A stretch of DNA of 64,000 bases from Alistipes sp. (GCA_017403125.1 JAFQOR010000013.1:38700-102699), one strand, 5' to 3'. Positions 21,083 through 32,050 are shown, numbered from the stretch's first letter. Notes: a model not told the origin generated them from the letters alone. A program made the numbers and translations.

Positions 21083-22144
21083 ATGGGATATATGCGAACG
21101 ATACGAAGTTTTAAGATTGGTGAGAATATGGTCTATACACTTGTATGGATTGCCATATTCCTCATCCCCATCCTCAACACCCTGATGATGTCCGAGACCG
21201 ACATCGACTTCAACAAGGTTATCATCTCGTGGGGCAAGGTGTCGCCATACCTTATTATATTTATCGTCAATAACAACATCCTCGCTCCACGCCTACTGCT
21301 ACGCAACCGTTACATTTGGTATAGCGTGCTGTTGCTCGCCATGCTCTTCGTGATATTCGGAGCCATAGAGATTCTCGACTTCCGCTATTGGCAGAGCGAC
21401 GCCGACCTACGCAACAGAGCATCGTTTACCGACTTGGAGTGGTATTGGAACATCCTGCTCGGCATATTCATGGCAGGAGCGAACTCCATGATTAAGCTCT
21501 ACTATCGAGCACTCGATACCGAGCAGCGCATGGCTATACTCGAACGCGAGAACATCGAAACACAGATGGAGTATCTGAAATACCAGATAAACCCCCACTT
21601 TTTGATGAATACGCTGAATAACATTCATGCCATGATAGACTTCGACAGCGAAATGGCAAAGCGTAGCGTCATAGAGCTTTCGCAGATGATGCGTCACGTA
21701 CTCTACGACTCTGGCGAGCATCAAACAACACTCGACAAGGAGGTATCGTTCCTACACAACTACATAGAGCTCATGCGAATACGCTATATCGACGACGTGG
21801 ATATTAAGCTTACAACGCCCGACATGGTTGAGTGTCGCAAGATAGCCTTGCCTCCGCTAATGCTTATCGTACTTGTGGAAAACGCATTTAAGCACGGCAT
21901 CAGCTACAACCGTAAATCCTATATTCATATCGATATTACGCACCATAACGGATGGTTGGAGTGCAAAGTCGAAAACAGCCGCCACCACTCTCACGGAGCA
22001 CAAAACAGCGGTATAGGATTGAGCAACCTCACAAAACGACTACAACTGCTCTACGGCAACAACTACTCGCTGAAGATAGACAAATCCAACAATGCGGTAT
22101 ATGTTGCGAAGTTGGCAATTAACACCAAAACCGAATTTAGATAA
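21083..22144 (+). CDS. LytS/YehU-type sensor histidine kinase
   Basis: TM segments; LKYQINPHFLMNTLNNI, LVENAFKHG, SGIGLSN. Confidence 0.92.
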   Translation: MGYMRTIRSFKIGENMVYTLVWIAIFLIPILNTLMMSETDIDFNKVIISWGKVSPYLIIFIVNNNILAPRLLLRNRYIWYSVLLLAMLFVIFGAIEILDFRYWQSDADLRNRASFTDLEWYWNILLGIFMAGANSMIKLYYRALDTEQRMAILERENIETQMEYLKYQINPHFLMNTLNNIHAMIDFDSEMAKRSVIELSQMMRHVLYDSGEHQTTLDKEVSFLHNYIELMRIRYIDDVDIKLTTPDMVECRKIALPPLMLIVLVENAFKHGISYNRKSYIHIDITHHNGWLECKVENSRHHSHGAQNSGIGLSNLTKRLQLLYGNNYSLKIDKSNNAVYVAKLAINTKTEFR

Positions 22145-22158
22145 AATAAACAGATAAT

Positions 22159-22896
22159 ATGGTAAGATGTATAGCAATTGATGACGAGCCGATGGCTCTG
22201 CGTCAAATCAAGAGTTTTATCGAACGCACCGAGCATCTGGAACTCGTAGCCGTGTGTCGCAGTGCTGTCGAGGCAAAAGCAATAGTTGAGCAGGGCAGCA
22301 TCGACCTTATCTTCGTCGATATCAACATGCCCGACCTTAACGGCATAGACTTCGTACGCGCGTTGCCCGGCAACCACTATGTAATATTCACCACGGCGCA
22401 TGCCGAGTTTGCTCTGGAAGGCTTCAAACTAAATGCCATAGACTATCTCCTAAAACCCTTCACCTACGAGGAGTTTGCGAAAGCATCACAGAAGGTCATC
22501 TCGCTTGCCGACCTTGTAGAGCGATGTCACTCGGCAGAGAGCACCATAGCTCAAATCGAGGCAGAGAGTGCCGACAAGGAGTTTATCTCGGTAAAGGCAG
22601 ACTACAAGACACAGTTAGTGCGCATTGCAGACATCGTATATTTGGAAAGCGCAGGCGAATACGTACGCCTACACATCGAGGGCAGTTCAACCATTACCAC
22701 CCTATTCCGCTTGAAGAATATGGAGGCACAGCTACCACAAGAGAGTTTCATGCGTGTACACCGCTCATATATCATAAACCTTAAACGCATAAGTAGCTAT
22801 ACCAAGGGACGCATATTCCTCGACAATGGCGAGTATATACCTCTTGGCGAGAACTACAAAGAGCGCTTTTTGGAACAATTCGAGAAGGGTTTGTAA
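22159..22896 (+). CDS. LytTR response regulator
   Basis: IDDEP, DINMPDLNG, IDYLLKP, FMRVHRSYIIN. Confidence 0.94.
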   Translation: MVRCIAIDDEPMALRQIKSFIERTEHLELVAVCRSAVEAKAIVEQGSIDLIFVDINMPDLNGIDFVRALPGNHYVIFTTAHAEFALEGFKLNAIDYLLKPFTYEEFAKASQKVISLADLVERCHSAESTIAQIEAESADKEFISVKADYKTQLVRIADIVYLESAGEYVRLHIEGSSTITTLFRLKNMEAQLPQESFMRVHRSYIINLKRISSYTKGRIFLDNGEYIPLGENYKERFLEQFEKGL

Positions 22897-22921
22897 CGTT
22901 ACACATCACATAGCCACATAG

Positions 22922-22968
22922 TTAAGGCTCCGACGCACGTCATCTCGACATCGGCATCGGAGCCTTAA
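22922..22968. terminator. Hairpin between convergent genes
   Basis: ttaaggctccga...tcggagccttaa inverted repeat. Confidence 0.65.
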
Positions 22969-22990
22969 TTCATCTTTGTTCAACCAACCG

Positions 22991-24079
22991 CTACTTAACT
23001 CTCAATCGTTGTCCAATACGCAAAATCGACGTGGACTTGATGTTATTCAGCTGGCAAATCTTGTTTACTGTGGTACCATACTTTATTGCCAACGCACCCA
23101 ACGTATCGCCCGAGCGCACAGTGTGGTACTGCACGGCAGCAGCAGCCTTACGCTCTGCCTCCTCCTGTTTTGCCACCTCCTCCTCGTCGCTGAAATTCTG
23201 TTCATACTTCGAGTATATGCTGAAATGGCGACGTTTGAGTAGCAGCTCCGCACGACGCAACTCGCCCGTAGTAAAGTCGAAGAGACGCTCCGGGTCGAAC
23301 GACTGACCACGGTATCTTACCTCGAAGTGCAGATGCGGGCCTGTACTGCGCCCCGTGCTACCGCCTGCACCAATCTGCTGTCCCGCAACTACCCAATCAC
23401 CCGCCTCAACATCGCGCGACGAAAGGTGGGCATAGTAGGTTTCAAGACCGTTGTTGTGGCGTATGATAACCAAATTTCCGTAGTCGCCAGCCGACTTCGA
23501 AAGGCGCACCTTGCCATCGAATACCGCATAGATGGGGTCACCCGTCTTCAATGGCAAATCCACACCCTGATGCTGACGTCCACGACGTGGACCATAACGC
23601 GAACTCATCTTACCCATATAGGGATAGTGATAGCCTTGCAACGAATCCACAAGCTGTATGGCAACAGCTTCGGGCAACGAGTCGAGAGGCACGTCCGAAT
23701 AGGCGTGGGTCTTTGACGTATCCCAATGGTCGTTGAATATTGTTGAGTCCTGACGATAGTCGCTCGTAAGCACATAACGCCAAGTATTGTCGTTGAAAAG
23801 AATGATACGCAACGCCTCATTCTCGGTAGGCAACGTATCTATGACACTCACCTGACCCAACGTATGAACTCTACGCACAGGCTGCGGCTCCTCAACGGCA
23901 ACTGTCACACTATCCTGTGGCATAACCACAGCAAGCGTATCGGTAATGGTCGCCTCCAACTCCTCTTGCGCCACATCCTGCGCCATAACGCCGCTTGTCA
24001 CGAACATCATCATCCCGACAAGCAACAGGCGCAAGTAACCTGCACCAACACTGTTTTTCGTTATCGTAATCTCCATCAT
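22991..24079 (-). CDS. M23 peptidase with C-terminal LysM
   Basis: HQGVD, YAHL, STGPHLHFE; YHTVRSGDTLGALA. Confidence 0.92.
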   Translation of the reverse strand: MMEITITKNSVGAGYLRLLLVGMMMFVTSGVMAQDVAQEELEATITDTLAVVMPQDSVTVAVEEPQPVRRVHTLGQVSVIDTLPTENEALRIILFNDNTWRYVLTSDYRQDSTIFNDHWDTSKTHAYSDVPLDSLPEAVAIQLVDSLQGYHYPYMGKMSSRYGPRRGRQHQGVDLPLKTGDPIYAVFDGKVRLSKSAGDYGNLVIIRHNNGLETYYAHLSSRDVEAGDWVVAGQQIGAGGSTGRSTGPHLHFEVRYRGQSFDPERLFDFTTGELRRAELLLKRRHFSIYSKYEQNFSDEEEVAKQEEAERKAAAAVQYHTVRSGDTLGALAIKYGTTVNKICQLNNIKSTSILRIGQRLRVK

Positions 24080-24082
24080 TAG

Positions 24083-24658
24083 CTATTTAGCATCTTTGAG
24101 CATCTCCTCTGCCAACTCCAACTGACGATAAAAATCCTCGCCAAAAGCGCGTATTATAGGCTCCTTCAAACCCTTATATACCGGCAATCCCAACCTCTTA
24201 CCACACTCACGCGCCGAGCCACACACCGCCCATCGGTGGTAGTTCAAGCCTACCGAGCCATTGCGAAAACGTGTTACGCGAATAGGATAGAGATGGCACG
24301 AAATAGGCTTCTGGAACGAGCAACGTCCCTCGCGATAGGCACGCTCGATGGCACAATAGGTCGTTCCATTCTCCTCGAATGCATAGGCACACGCCGCATC
24401 ATCGACCAGAGGGGTTGTGTAGTCGCCATCGGTATCAACGACCATAAAACCCTGCTCCTCAACAGCACGACGCCCCTCCTCCGTCATATAGGGGGCATAG
24501 TTCTCCCACTCCTCCTCCAAAATATCAACCTCCTCGATATCGAGCGGAGCTCCGGAATCGCCCTCGACACAACAGATACCGCGACACTGACCCAAGTCAC
24601 AAGCAAAACACTCACGCAAGAGGTCAAGACTCACTATCTTTTCATCAATCTCAATCAT
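24083..24658 (-). CDS. DUF3109 family Cys-rich protein
   Basis: FACDL..C.G.CCVEGDSGAPL, KPISCHLYPIR. Confidence 0.85.
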   Translation of the reverse strand: MIEIDEKIVSLDLLRECFACDLGQCRGICCVEGDSGAPLDIEEVDILEEEWENYAPYMTEEGRRAVEEQGFMVVDTDGDYTTPLVDDAACAYAFEENGTTYCAIERAYREGRCSFQKPISCHLYPIRVTRFRNGSVGLNYHRWAVCGSARECGKRLGLPVYKGLKEPIIRAFGEDFYRQLELAEEMLKDAK

Positions 24659-24663
24659 ACTCG

Positions 24664-25479
24664 CTATGGGTTGTAAATATCTTTGTATCGGAATGACAAT
24701 ATTTCATACGCCATATCGAGAAGCTGCTGCGCCTCATTATTCTCGGGGTCGATAGCCTTTGCTCGATTGAAATCGTTGATGGCATTACCCCACTCATTGC
24801 GCTGGAAATAACTCTTACCGCGCTCGATATATAGCTCCGGACGCTTATCTCCACCATCAATCATCGACGTAAGACGCACAATGCGACCCTCAACAGTCCA
24901 CAACTGATTCTTCACAATGTAGTCACATACCGATGGAGATACCATCATCGAGATATCCTCTTTGCGCTCGACGCGCTCACGCACCTGTGTAGATGAAAAC
25001 TCCACGAATGGTGCATCCTCCAATATCGTCACACGCTCACGGAACTTCTCAACGGCATAACCCTTACGAGGATAGACATATATTTTATACTCGTTGAGTA
25101 TGCGCTCATACTCCTTCCACTCGTCGAAACGCGCCCAAATATCACTTCCTGTGATAATCGAGAACTCCATCTCGTCGCCATTATTCTTGCGCAGAAAATC
25201 AAGTGTGTTTATGGTATAGGAGGGTTTCTCCAACACAAACTCTACCACCGAGGGCTTAATACGCTCGGCATAACGCGACTCCTTACACGCAAGCTCCGCC
25301 ATCTCGTAGCGCGTATATTCCGGAGTCTGCAACACATCCGTCTTAAACGGATTCTGCGGCGATATTATCAGTGCTACCTCATCGGCTAAATCGTTGTCGA
25401 GAGCATACTCCGCCAACGCGATATGACCATTGTGAATAGGGTCAAATGAGCCAAAATATAGCAACATACGTTTTTTCAT
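24664..25479 (-). CDS. nadD: Nicotinate-nucleotide adenylyltransferase with C-terminal TPR domain
   Basis: FGSFDPIHNGH, SPQNPFK, PSYTINTL, SSTQVR; TPR YIERGKSYF...AINDFNRAKAIDP. Confidence 0.92.
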   Translation of the reverse strand: MKKRMLLYFGSFDPIHNGHIALAEYALDNDLADEVALIISPQNPFKTDVLQTPEYTRYEMAELACKESRYAERIKPSVVEFVLEKPSYTINTLDFLRKNNGDEMEFSIITGSDIWARFDEWKEYERILNEYKIYVYPRKGYAVEKFRERVTILEDAPFVEFSSTQVRERVERKEDISMMVSPSVCDYIVKNQLWTVEGRIVRLTSMIDGGDKRPELYIERGKSYFQRNEWGNAINDFNRAKAIDPENNEAQQLLDMAYEILSFRYKDIYNP

Positions 25480-25487
25480 CTCAACTC

Positions 25488-26051
25488 TTACTTTATAAAG
25501 TTTCTAATAATTGAAGTAGCCTCCTTGACAGCCTCGTCGAGCTTATCATTGACTACCGTAAAGTCGAACTCACTTGACTTCGACAACTCGAACGATGCCT
25601 TGCCTATGCGCTTGGCAATAACCTCCTCGGCATCGGTACCACGACCACGCAGACGACGTTCAAGCTCTTCGAGCGAGGGCGGCATGATGAATATCGAACA
25701 TGCCTTGTCGCCAAACAGACGTTTGAGGTTGATACCACCCATCACATCAACATCGAAGATGATAATATTGCCCTTTGCCCAAATACGCTCCATCTCGCTA
25801 CGCAGCGTTCCATAACAGGTGCCGGCATAGACCTCCTCCCACTCCACAAACTCGCCATTTGCCACACGCGAGCGGAACTCGTCGTTAGTCAAAAAGTAGT
25901 AATCTACGCCATGCTTCTCCTCGCCACGTGGCAGACGCGACGTAGCAGATATAGAGAACTCGAACTGCGGAAATAGTTTCAATAATTCACGTACGATTGT
26001 TGTCTTACCCGACCCGCTCGGAGCCGAAAATATAATCAATCTTTCGTCCAT
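25488..26051 (-). CDS. gmk: Guanylate kinase
   Basis: APSGSGKTT, SATSRLPRGEE.HGVDYYF. Confidence 0.96.
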   Translation of the reverse strand: MDERLIIFSAPSGSGKTTIVRELLKLFPQFEFSISATSRLPRGEEKHGVDYYFLTNDEFRSRVANGEFVEWEEVYAGTCYGTLRSEMERIWAKGNIIIFDVDVMGGINLKRLFGDKACSIFIMPPSLEELERRLRGRGTDAEEVIAKRIGKASFELSKSSEFDFTVVNDKLDEAVKEATSIIRNFIK

Positions 26052-26060
26052 AATCTCAAA

Positions 26061-26933
26061 CTATAAGATGTTTAGTACCTGCTCCTTAATCTTCTCCAAC
26101 TCATCCTTCATCTGAACCACGAGACGCTGCATATTAGCCTCGTTAGACTTCGAGCCCATGGTGTTAATCTCGCGCCCAAGTTCCTGTGCAATAAATCCAA
26201 GTTTGCGTCCCGGTGCCTCCTCATCGGCTGCCACCTCGCGGAAGTAGCGACAATGATTATCGAGGCGCACCTTCTCTTCGGTTATATCGAGCTTCTCGAT
26301 GTAGAATATCATCTCCTGTTCAAGGCGATTGTTATCGACATCAATGGCAAGTTTCTGAATATTTTCGCGAATACGGCTCTTTATAACCTCAACTCGTGCC
26401 TGTTCATAAGGCTCAACCTCGTGACGATATTGCTCGATAAGGTCGATACGCTTCAACAAATCAGCAATAAGTATCGCACCCTCCTGCGCTCTGAACGCAT
26501 CGAGCTGCATTGCCGCCTCGCGTGTAGCCTCAACAATAGCTTGCAACTCTGCATCCGACACCTCGCACTCCTCGTTTGCCACAACATCGGGCATGCGCAA
26601 TACTGCACTCATTATCGCCGCATCGTCGGGTGATAAGCCACTCTCGCCACACACCTTACGAAGCTCCGTGGCGTAGGCTGCAAACATGTTGCTATTGATA
26701 TGAGCCGAGGTTTCGGCCTGCGATGTTTCGAACGACACGAAGCAATCAACCTTGCCACGCTGCAACAACTGCGTAACGACACTACGCACCTCTGCCTCTG
26801 CGGCACGATACCTACTCGGAATCTTGATATTCAAATCGAGTTGCTTGGAGTTTAGCGAACGCAACTCCACACGAAACTTTTTATTATCTACAACGGCCTC
26901 GCCCTTACCGAAGCCGGTCATGGATTTAATCAT
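26061..26933 (-). CDS. yicC: YicC/YloC family endoribonuclease
   Basis: MIKSMTGFG, DITEEKVRL, GRKLGFIAQELGREINTMGSK. Confidence 0.93.
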   Translation of the reverse strand: MIKSMTGFGKGEAVVDNKKFRVELRSLNSKQLDLNIKIPSRYRAAEAEVRSVVTQLLQRGKVDCFVSFETSQAETSAHINSNMFAAYATELRKVCGESGLSPDDAAIMSAVLRMPDVVANEECEVSDAELQAIVEATREAAMQLDAFRAQEGAILIADLLKRIDLIEQYRHEVEPYEQARVEVIKSRIRENIQKLAIDVDNNRLEQEMIFYIEKLDITEEKVRLDNHCRYFREVAADEEAPGRKLGFIAQELGREINTMGSKSNEANMQRLVVQMKDELEKIKEQVLNIL

Positions 26934-27162
26934 ACGCTATGTCGGGTATTTAGATGCTTACTACAATAACCCACAAATGTACGAAATATTTTGCAAACCG
27001 CAATCCGTTTACAACATTTTTTCGGCAAACGAGAAGACTGCGAACAGAAATGAGCGAAAGGCATTAACGGAGCGGGGATGATGTGCGCGAAGCTACGACC
27101 ATAGTACGCCGTGCACCCAAGACCACCGAGGAGCGCATAAAGATGTATATGGAGAGCCGCCA

Positions 27163-28539
27163 CTATGATTCGCGGAGAGTATCTTCGGGGAGTTTCATCT
27201 GATCCACCTTTACATCACTCTCATCGGCATCGGCAGCTGCAAGGGCCTTTTGAGATTGGCGCTTCTTGGTGGGGAGCCCCAACTTACGCAGCCTCTCGCC
27301 CAAACGAACTATATTGTTATTGCCTGTATGCAGACGCTTATACGCCTCGTCATACTTAACTTTTGCAGCATCGAGTGCCGTGCCGACGCCCTCCAACTGC
27401 TCGGTAAAGACGACAAGCTGCTCGTAGAGTTTAGTGGCTTTATCGACAATCTCTGCCTGATTGCGGCTCTGCTCATCACGGCGCCACATGTCACCCACCA
27501 TCTTCAACAGCGCAAAGAGGTTGGTAGGCGACGATATTATGATCTTCTTGGCATAGGCATCTGCCCATATCGTATTATCTGCCTTCAACGCCTCCAAAAA
27601 TGCCGGCTCCGTAGGGATAAACATAATGACAAAGTCGGGCGATGACAACAACCTCTGATACTCCTTTGCCGAGAGTTCGGCTACATGCTTCTTGACCGAC
27701 TGAACATGCTCTGCCAATGCTGCTCGACGCTCGCCTTCACCCTCCGCCTCGGTATAGCGAACATACGCCGTAAGCGACACCTTCGAATCGATTACTATCG
27801 AGCGCTCTTCGGGTAGCGACAGCACCACATCGGGGCGCAGATTCGAGCCCTCCTCATCCTTAAAGTTCTGCTGCACATGATAGTGAATACCACGCACTAA
27901 ACCAGTGCTCTGCAAGATGGTTTCGAGATATGCCTCGCCCCAATCTCCCTGCACCTTTGAGTTACCACGCAGAGCGTCCGTAAGGTTTGCCGCCGACGAG
28001 GTCATCTGCATATTGAGTTTAAGCAGGTTGTCAAGCTCTGCCTTCAAGGCACCACGTTGCTCGTTCTCGGCAGCATAGATACGCTCGACACGCTCGCGAA
28101 ATTCGGTGATATTATCCTTAAATGGCTTCAACAGCAGGTCTATCGAGTCGCGATTTGTTTGACGCAGATTATGCGACTGCTCACCAAGAATCTCATTTGC
28201 GAGATTACGGAACTCGCTCTTCATACGACTCTCATCCTCCTCGCGCATACGGCGCTGCTCGTCGAGTTGTTGGCGCAGAGCCTCGGCACTACTCGTAGCA
28301 CGTATATGTTCGTCGCGCTCCTTTGCAAAGTTGCGCTCCACCTCGCGCAGTTTTGCGCCCACCTCCTCGATGCGACACTGCAACTCCTCAACTCGGCGCT
28401 GCTCCGCGAGCAGTTCGCTCTGGCAACGCACAGCCTCTATACGCGCCGCCTCGGCACGCATCACATCGCGCCGCCACACCACAACCAAGACAACGGTTGC
28501 AACCAACAAAAGCGCTATAATCAGGATATATACTATCAT
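27163..28539 (-). CDS. rmuC: DNA recombination protein RmuC
   Basis: N-terminal TM, coiled coil, KVQGDWGE, RPDV, IDSKVSL, DFVIMFIP.E. Confidence 0.93.
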   Translation of the reverse strand: MIVYILIIALLLVATVVLVVVWRRDVMRAEAARIEAVRCQSELLAEQRRVEELQCRIEEVGAKLREVERNFAKERDEHIRATSSAEALRQQLDEQRRMREEDESRMKSEFRNLANEILGEQSHNLRQTNRDSIDLLLKPFKDNITEFRERVERIYAAENEQRGALKAELDNLLKLNMQMTSSAANLTDALRGNSKVQGDWGEAYLETILQSTGLVRGIHYHVQQNFKDEEGSNLRPDVVLSLPEERSIVIDSKVSLTAYVRYTEAEGEGERRAALAEHVQSVKKHVAELSAKEYQRLLSSPDFVIMFIPTEPAFLEALKADNTIWADAYAKKIIISSPTNLFALLKMVGDMWRRDEQSRNQAEIVDKATKLYEQLVVFTEQLEGVGTALDAAKVKYDEAYKRLHTGNNNIVRLGERLRKLGLPTKKRQSQKALAAADADESDVKVDQMKLPEDTLRES

Positions 28540-28667
28540 AAAAAGCTATTTTAGGTTTCTATTTTTGCAAAGATACGAAACAATTCAGAGATTTGCGTCG
28601 CTTATTTGAAACAAATTTTGTAAATTTGTCGAATAATTACTCGAAATAGCTAAAACCTAAAATAACC

Positions 28668-29321
28668 ATGAAACGAATAATTGCCCCATCGGTACTATCA
28701 GCCGACTTTGGAAATCTGGAACGCGACATCAAAATGCTCGACGCCTCACAGGCGGAGTGGGTACACATCGATGTTATGGATGGTGTATTTGTGCCCAACA
28801 TCTCGTTTGGTTTTCCTGTGATGAAGCCCATACGCAAGGCAACATCGAAGGTATTGGACGTACACCTCATGATTACCGAGCCCGAGAAGTATGTAGCTCG
28901 CTTTGTAGAGGCAGGCGCCGACTACGTCACTTTCCACTACGAGGCAACAGAGAAGATACAGGAGTGTATCGACCTTATCCGCAAGGCAGGAGCCAAGGTC
29001 GGCATATCGATTAAACCCGGCACAGAGCCCAACGTCTTGGACGAGTGGCTCGACCAGCTCGACCTCATCCTTGTAATGAGCGTGGAGCCCGGATTCGGAG
29101 GACAAAAGTTCATGCCCTCGTCGATTGCCAAGTGCGAATATCTCGATGCAAAGAGGCGTGAACGCGGCCTCAACGACATCATAATCGAGGTGGATGGTGG
29201 TATTTCGGCAGCCAACTCACGCCTGCTCTTCGATGCCGGCGCCGAGGCCCTTGTTGCCGGCAGTTCGGTATTTGGTGCCGAGAGCCCCGAGCAGGCAATC
29301 ATCGACATGCTTAACTCGTAA
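28668..29321 (+). CDS. rpe: Ribulose-phosphate 3-epimerase
   Basis: APSVLSADF, HIDVMDG.FVPN, MSVEPGFGGQ, IEVDGG. Confidence 0.97.
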   Translation: MKRIIAPSVLSADFGNLERDIKMLDASQAEWVHIDVMDGVFVPNISFGFPVMKPIRKATSKVLDVHLMITEPEKYVARFVEAGADYVTFHYEATEKIQECIDLIRKAGAKVGISIKPGTEPNVLDEWLDQLDLILVMSVEPGFGGQKFMPSSIAKCEYLDAKRRERGLNDIIIEVDGGISAANSRLLFDAGAEALVAGSSVFGAESPEQAIIDMLNS

Positions 29322-29367
29322 AACCAAACACTTATTCACACTATTTAGTAGAACAACACACCTATAA

Positions 29368-31314
29368 ATGATATCGCTCGATAACATTTCGATAAGCTAC
29401 GGCGGCTGGACGCTCTTCGATGGCATATCGTTTCTGATTAACCCCAAGGACCGTATAGGTCTTGTGGGCAAGAATGGTGCGGGCAAGACCACCCTACTGC
29501 GTGTCATCACCGGCGAGCAGCAACCTACCGAGGGTGCGGTAAGCATCAATGGGGAGTGCACAATTGGCTACCTTCCACAGCAGATGCGCGTAGCCGACAC
29601 AACGACACTCGCTGCCGAGACTGCAAAGGCCTTTGACGAGGTGCTACGCATCGAGGCCGAAATCGAACGATTGACAACCGAGATTGCCTCGCGCACAGAC
29701 TACGAGTCGAAGGAGTATGAGGAGCTGATACATCGCCTCAACGTAGCCAACGACCGATACCATATTCTCGGAGGCGACACACGCGAAGCCGACATTGAGC
29801 GCACGCTACTCGGTTTGGGATTCAAGCGCACCGACTTCGAGCGTCCCACACGCGAATTTTCGGGTGGTTGGCGTATGCGTATCGAACTTGCGAAGTTGCT
29901 GTTGCGACGCCCGTCGATATTCCTTCTCGACGAGCCTACAAACCACCTCGACATAGAGAGCATACAGTGGTTGGAGGAGTACTTAAAGAGCTACAACGGC
30001 GCCGTATTGCTCATATCGCACGACCGTGCTTTCCTGGACAACGTAACAACGCGCACCATAGAGCTATCGTTAGGCAGAGCCTACGACTACAAAGTACCCT
30101 ACTCGAAGTTCGTTGAGCTGCGCGCCGAGCGCCGTGCACAACAGATGGCGGCATACCAAAACCAACAACGTTTAATCGAGAAGACCGAGGAGTTTATCGA
30201 ACGTTTCCGCTACAAGCCCACAAAGAGCAATCAGGTGCAGTCGCGCGTCAAGCAGCTCGAACGTTTGGAACGTATCGAGATTGACGAGGAGGATCTTTCG
30301 CGTTTGAATATCAAGTTCCCGCCAGCGCCACGCTCCGGGCAGATTGTTGCCGACATAAAGGGCGTGGGCAAGGCCTTTGGCGAGAAGCGCATATTTGCCG
30401 ATGCCGAGTTTACCATTGAACGTGGGCAGAAGATTGCTCTCGTTGGTCGCAACGGCGAAGGCAAGACGACCTTTGCCCGCATGCTCATAGGCGAGTTGGA
30501 GCAGACCGAGGGAGAGATAAAGATTGGAGCCAACGTCAATATAGGTTATTATGCCCAAAATCAGGATGATTTGATGGATGGTGAGTTCACCGTATTCGAC
30601 ACCCTCGATCGCGTTGCCGTAGGCGACATACGCACACGTCTGCGCGACATCCTCGGAGCCTTTCTCTTCCGAGGCGAGGATATAGACAAGAAGGTAAAGG
30701 TGCTCTCCGGAGGCGAGCGTTCGCGTCTTGCCATGGCACGTCTGATGTTGGAGCCATACAACTTGTTGGTACTCGACGAGCCTACGAATCACATGGATAT
30801 GCGCTCGAAGGATATTCTGAAAAGTGCGCTGCAAAAGTACGACGGCACGGTGGTGGTTGTTTCGCACGATAGAGAGTTCCTTGACGGACTTGTCGAGCGC
30901 GTATATGAGTTCCGCGACGGTGGCGTGAGGGAGTATCTCGGAGGCATCTACTACTTCCTCGAAAAGCGCAAGGTGGAGTCGTTGCAGGATATCGAGCGCC
31001 GTGAGCGCCCTGCAACAAACACAAAGAGCGAGGCAACGCCTATTGCACAGAGCACGGGAGGCAAGGCAAGTTATGAGCAGAAACGCGAGCAGGAGAAGCT
31101 GCTGCGCAAGTTGCGCAAAGCTGTCGAAAGCATCGAAGAGGAGCTGGCAGGTGTTGAGCAGAGCATAAAGGAGTTTGACGAGCGTTTGGCTGCCGCCACC
31201 AACTACGATGCCGAGCAATATGCCGCCTACGCGACATTAAAGGAGCGTTACGACCATCTCATGCACGAATGGGAGAAGGCGTCCTATGAATTAGAGATTA
31301 CGGAACAAAGTTAG
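29368..31314 (+). CDS. ABC-F family ATPase
   Basis: Two ABC domains (GKNGAGKT/FSGGW and GRNGEGKT/LSGGE), no TM segments, C-terminal coiled coil. Confidence 0.94.
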   Translation: MISLDNISISYGGWTLFDGISFLINPKDRIGLVGKNGAGKTTLLRVITGEQQPTEGAVSINGECTIGYLPQQMRVADTTTLAAETAKAFDEVLRIEAEIERLTTEIASRTDYESKEYEELIHRLNVANDRYHILGGDTREADIERTLLGLGFKRTDFERPTREFSGGWRMRIELAKLLLRRPSIFLLDEPTNHLDIESIQWLEEYLKSYNGAVLLISHDRAFLDNVTTRTIELSLGRAYDYKVPYSKFVELRAERRAQQMAAYQNQQRLIEKTEEFIERFRYKPTKSNQVQSRVKQLERLERIEIDEEDLSRLNIKFPPAPRSGQIVADIKGVGKAFGEKRIFADAEFTIERGQKIALVGRNGEGKTTFARMLIGELEQTEGEIKIGANVNIGYYAQNQDDLMDGEFTVFDTLDRVAVGDIRTRLRDILGAFLFRGEDIDKKVKVLSGGERSRLAMARLMLEPYNLLVLDEPTNHMDMRSKDILKSALQKYDGTVVVVSHDREFLDGLVERVYEFRDGGVREYLGGIYYFLEKRKVESLQDIERRERPATNTKSEATPIAQSTGGKASYEQKREQEKLLRKLRKAVESIEEELAGVEQSIKEFDERLAAATNYDAEQYAAYATLKERYDHLMHEWEKASYELEITEQS

Positions 31315-31318
31315 AACT

Positions 31319-32050
31319 ATGGAGAATATAATTTTTGGTATCAGACCCATTGCCGAGGCCATAGAGGCGCGCAAGCAGATAGAACGTATATATATAAGGA
31401 AGGGCGCAGAGGGGCAACTCATGACCGACCTCAAAGAGCTTATGATGCGCCATCATCTGCGTTGGCAGGAGGTGCCCGTAGAGAAGCTAAACCGTCTTAC
31501 ACGTGGCAATCATCAGGGTGTTGTGGCACAGATGGCAGCCATAGAGTATGTTGAGTTGAACGACATCTTGGAGCGTGTCCCCGAAGATGAGACACCCCTT
31601 ATCGTGGTATTTGACGGCGTGACCGACGTACGCAACTTCGGAGGCATAGCTCGCTCGGCAGAGTGTGCCGGAGCACACGGCCTAATAACCCCACTCAAAA
31701 ACTCGGCTCCGGTGAATGCCGACGCCATACGCTCTTCGGCAGGTGCACTCAACAACATCCCCGTATGTCGCGTGGGTTCGATACGCAACACGCTGAAAAC
31801 ATTGCAGAGCGAGGGTTTCCAAATAGTTGCCGCCACCGAGAAGAGCCGCAAGCTACTCTACGACGCCGATTTCCGCAAGCCTACCGCGATAATCATGGGC
31901 GCCGAAGATAAGGGCATCTCGAAGGAGGTATTGAAACTCTGCGATGAGGAGCTCGCCATACCACTTATCGGTCACACCGAGTCGCTGAACGTATCGGCAG
32001 CAGCAGCTATCATGCTCTTCGAGGTAGTACGTCAGCGCATAGGTGACTGA
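31319..32050 (+). CDS. rlmB: 23S rRNA G2251 2'-O-methyltransferase
   Basis: NHQGVVA, DGVTDVRNFG, MGAEDKG, ESLNVS. Confidence 0.92.
   Translation: MENIIFGIRPIAEAIEARKQIERIYIRKGAEGQLMTDLKELMMRHHLRWQEVPVEKLNRLTRGNHQGVVAQMAAIEYVELNDILERVPEDETPLIVVFDGVTDVRNFGGIARSAECAGAHGLITPLKNSAPVNADAIRSSAGALNNIPVCRVGSIRNTLKTLQSEGFQIVAATEKSRKLLYDADFRKPTAIIMGAEDKGISKEVLKLCDEELAIPLIGHTESLNVSAAAAIMLFEVVRQRIGD

Noticed and set aside
26934-27162. ncRNA or small ORF between yicC and rmuC
   Set aside because: Only a -7 element for yicC is supportable; no convincing stem or coding signal.
30172-31218. Long antisense ORFs (348 aa here; 359 aa at 3433-4512; 266 aa at 56453-57253)
   Set aside because: They are shadows of well-supported genes on the opposite strand and show no motifs.
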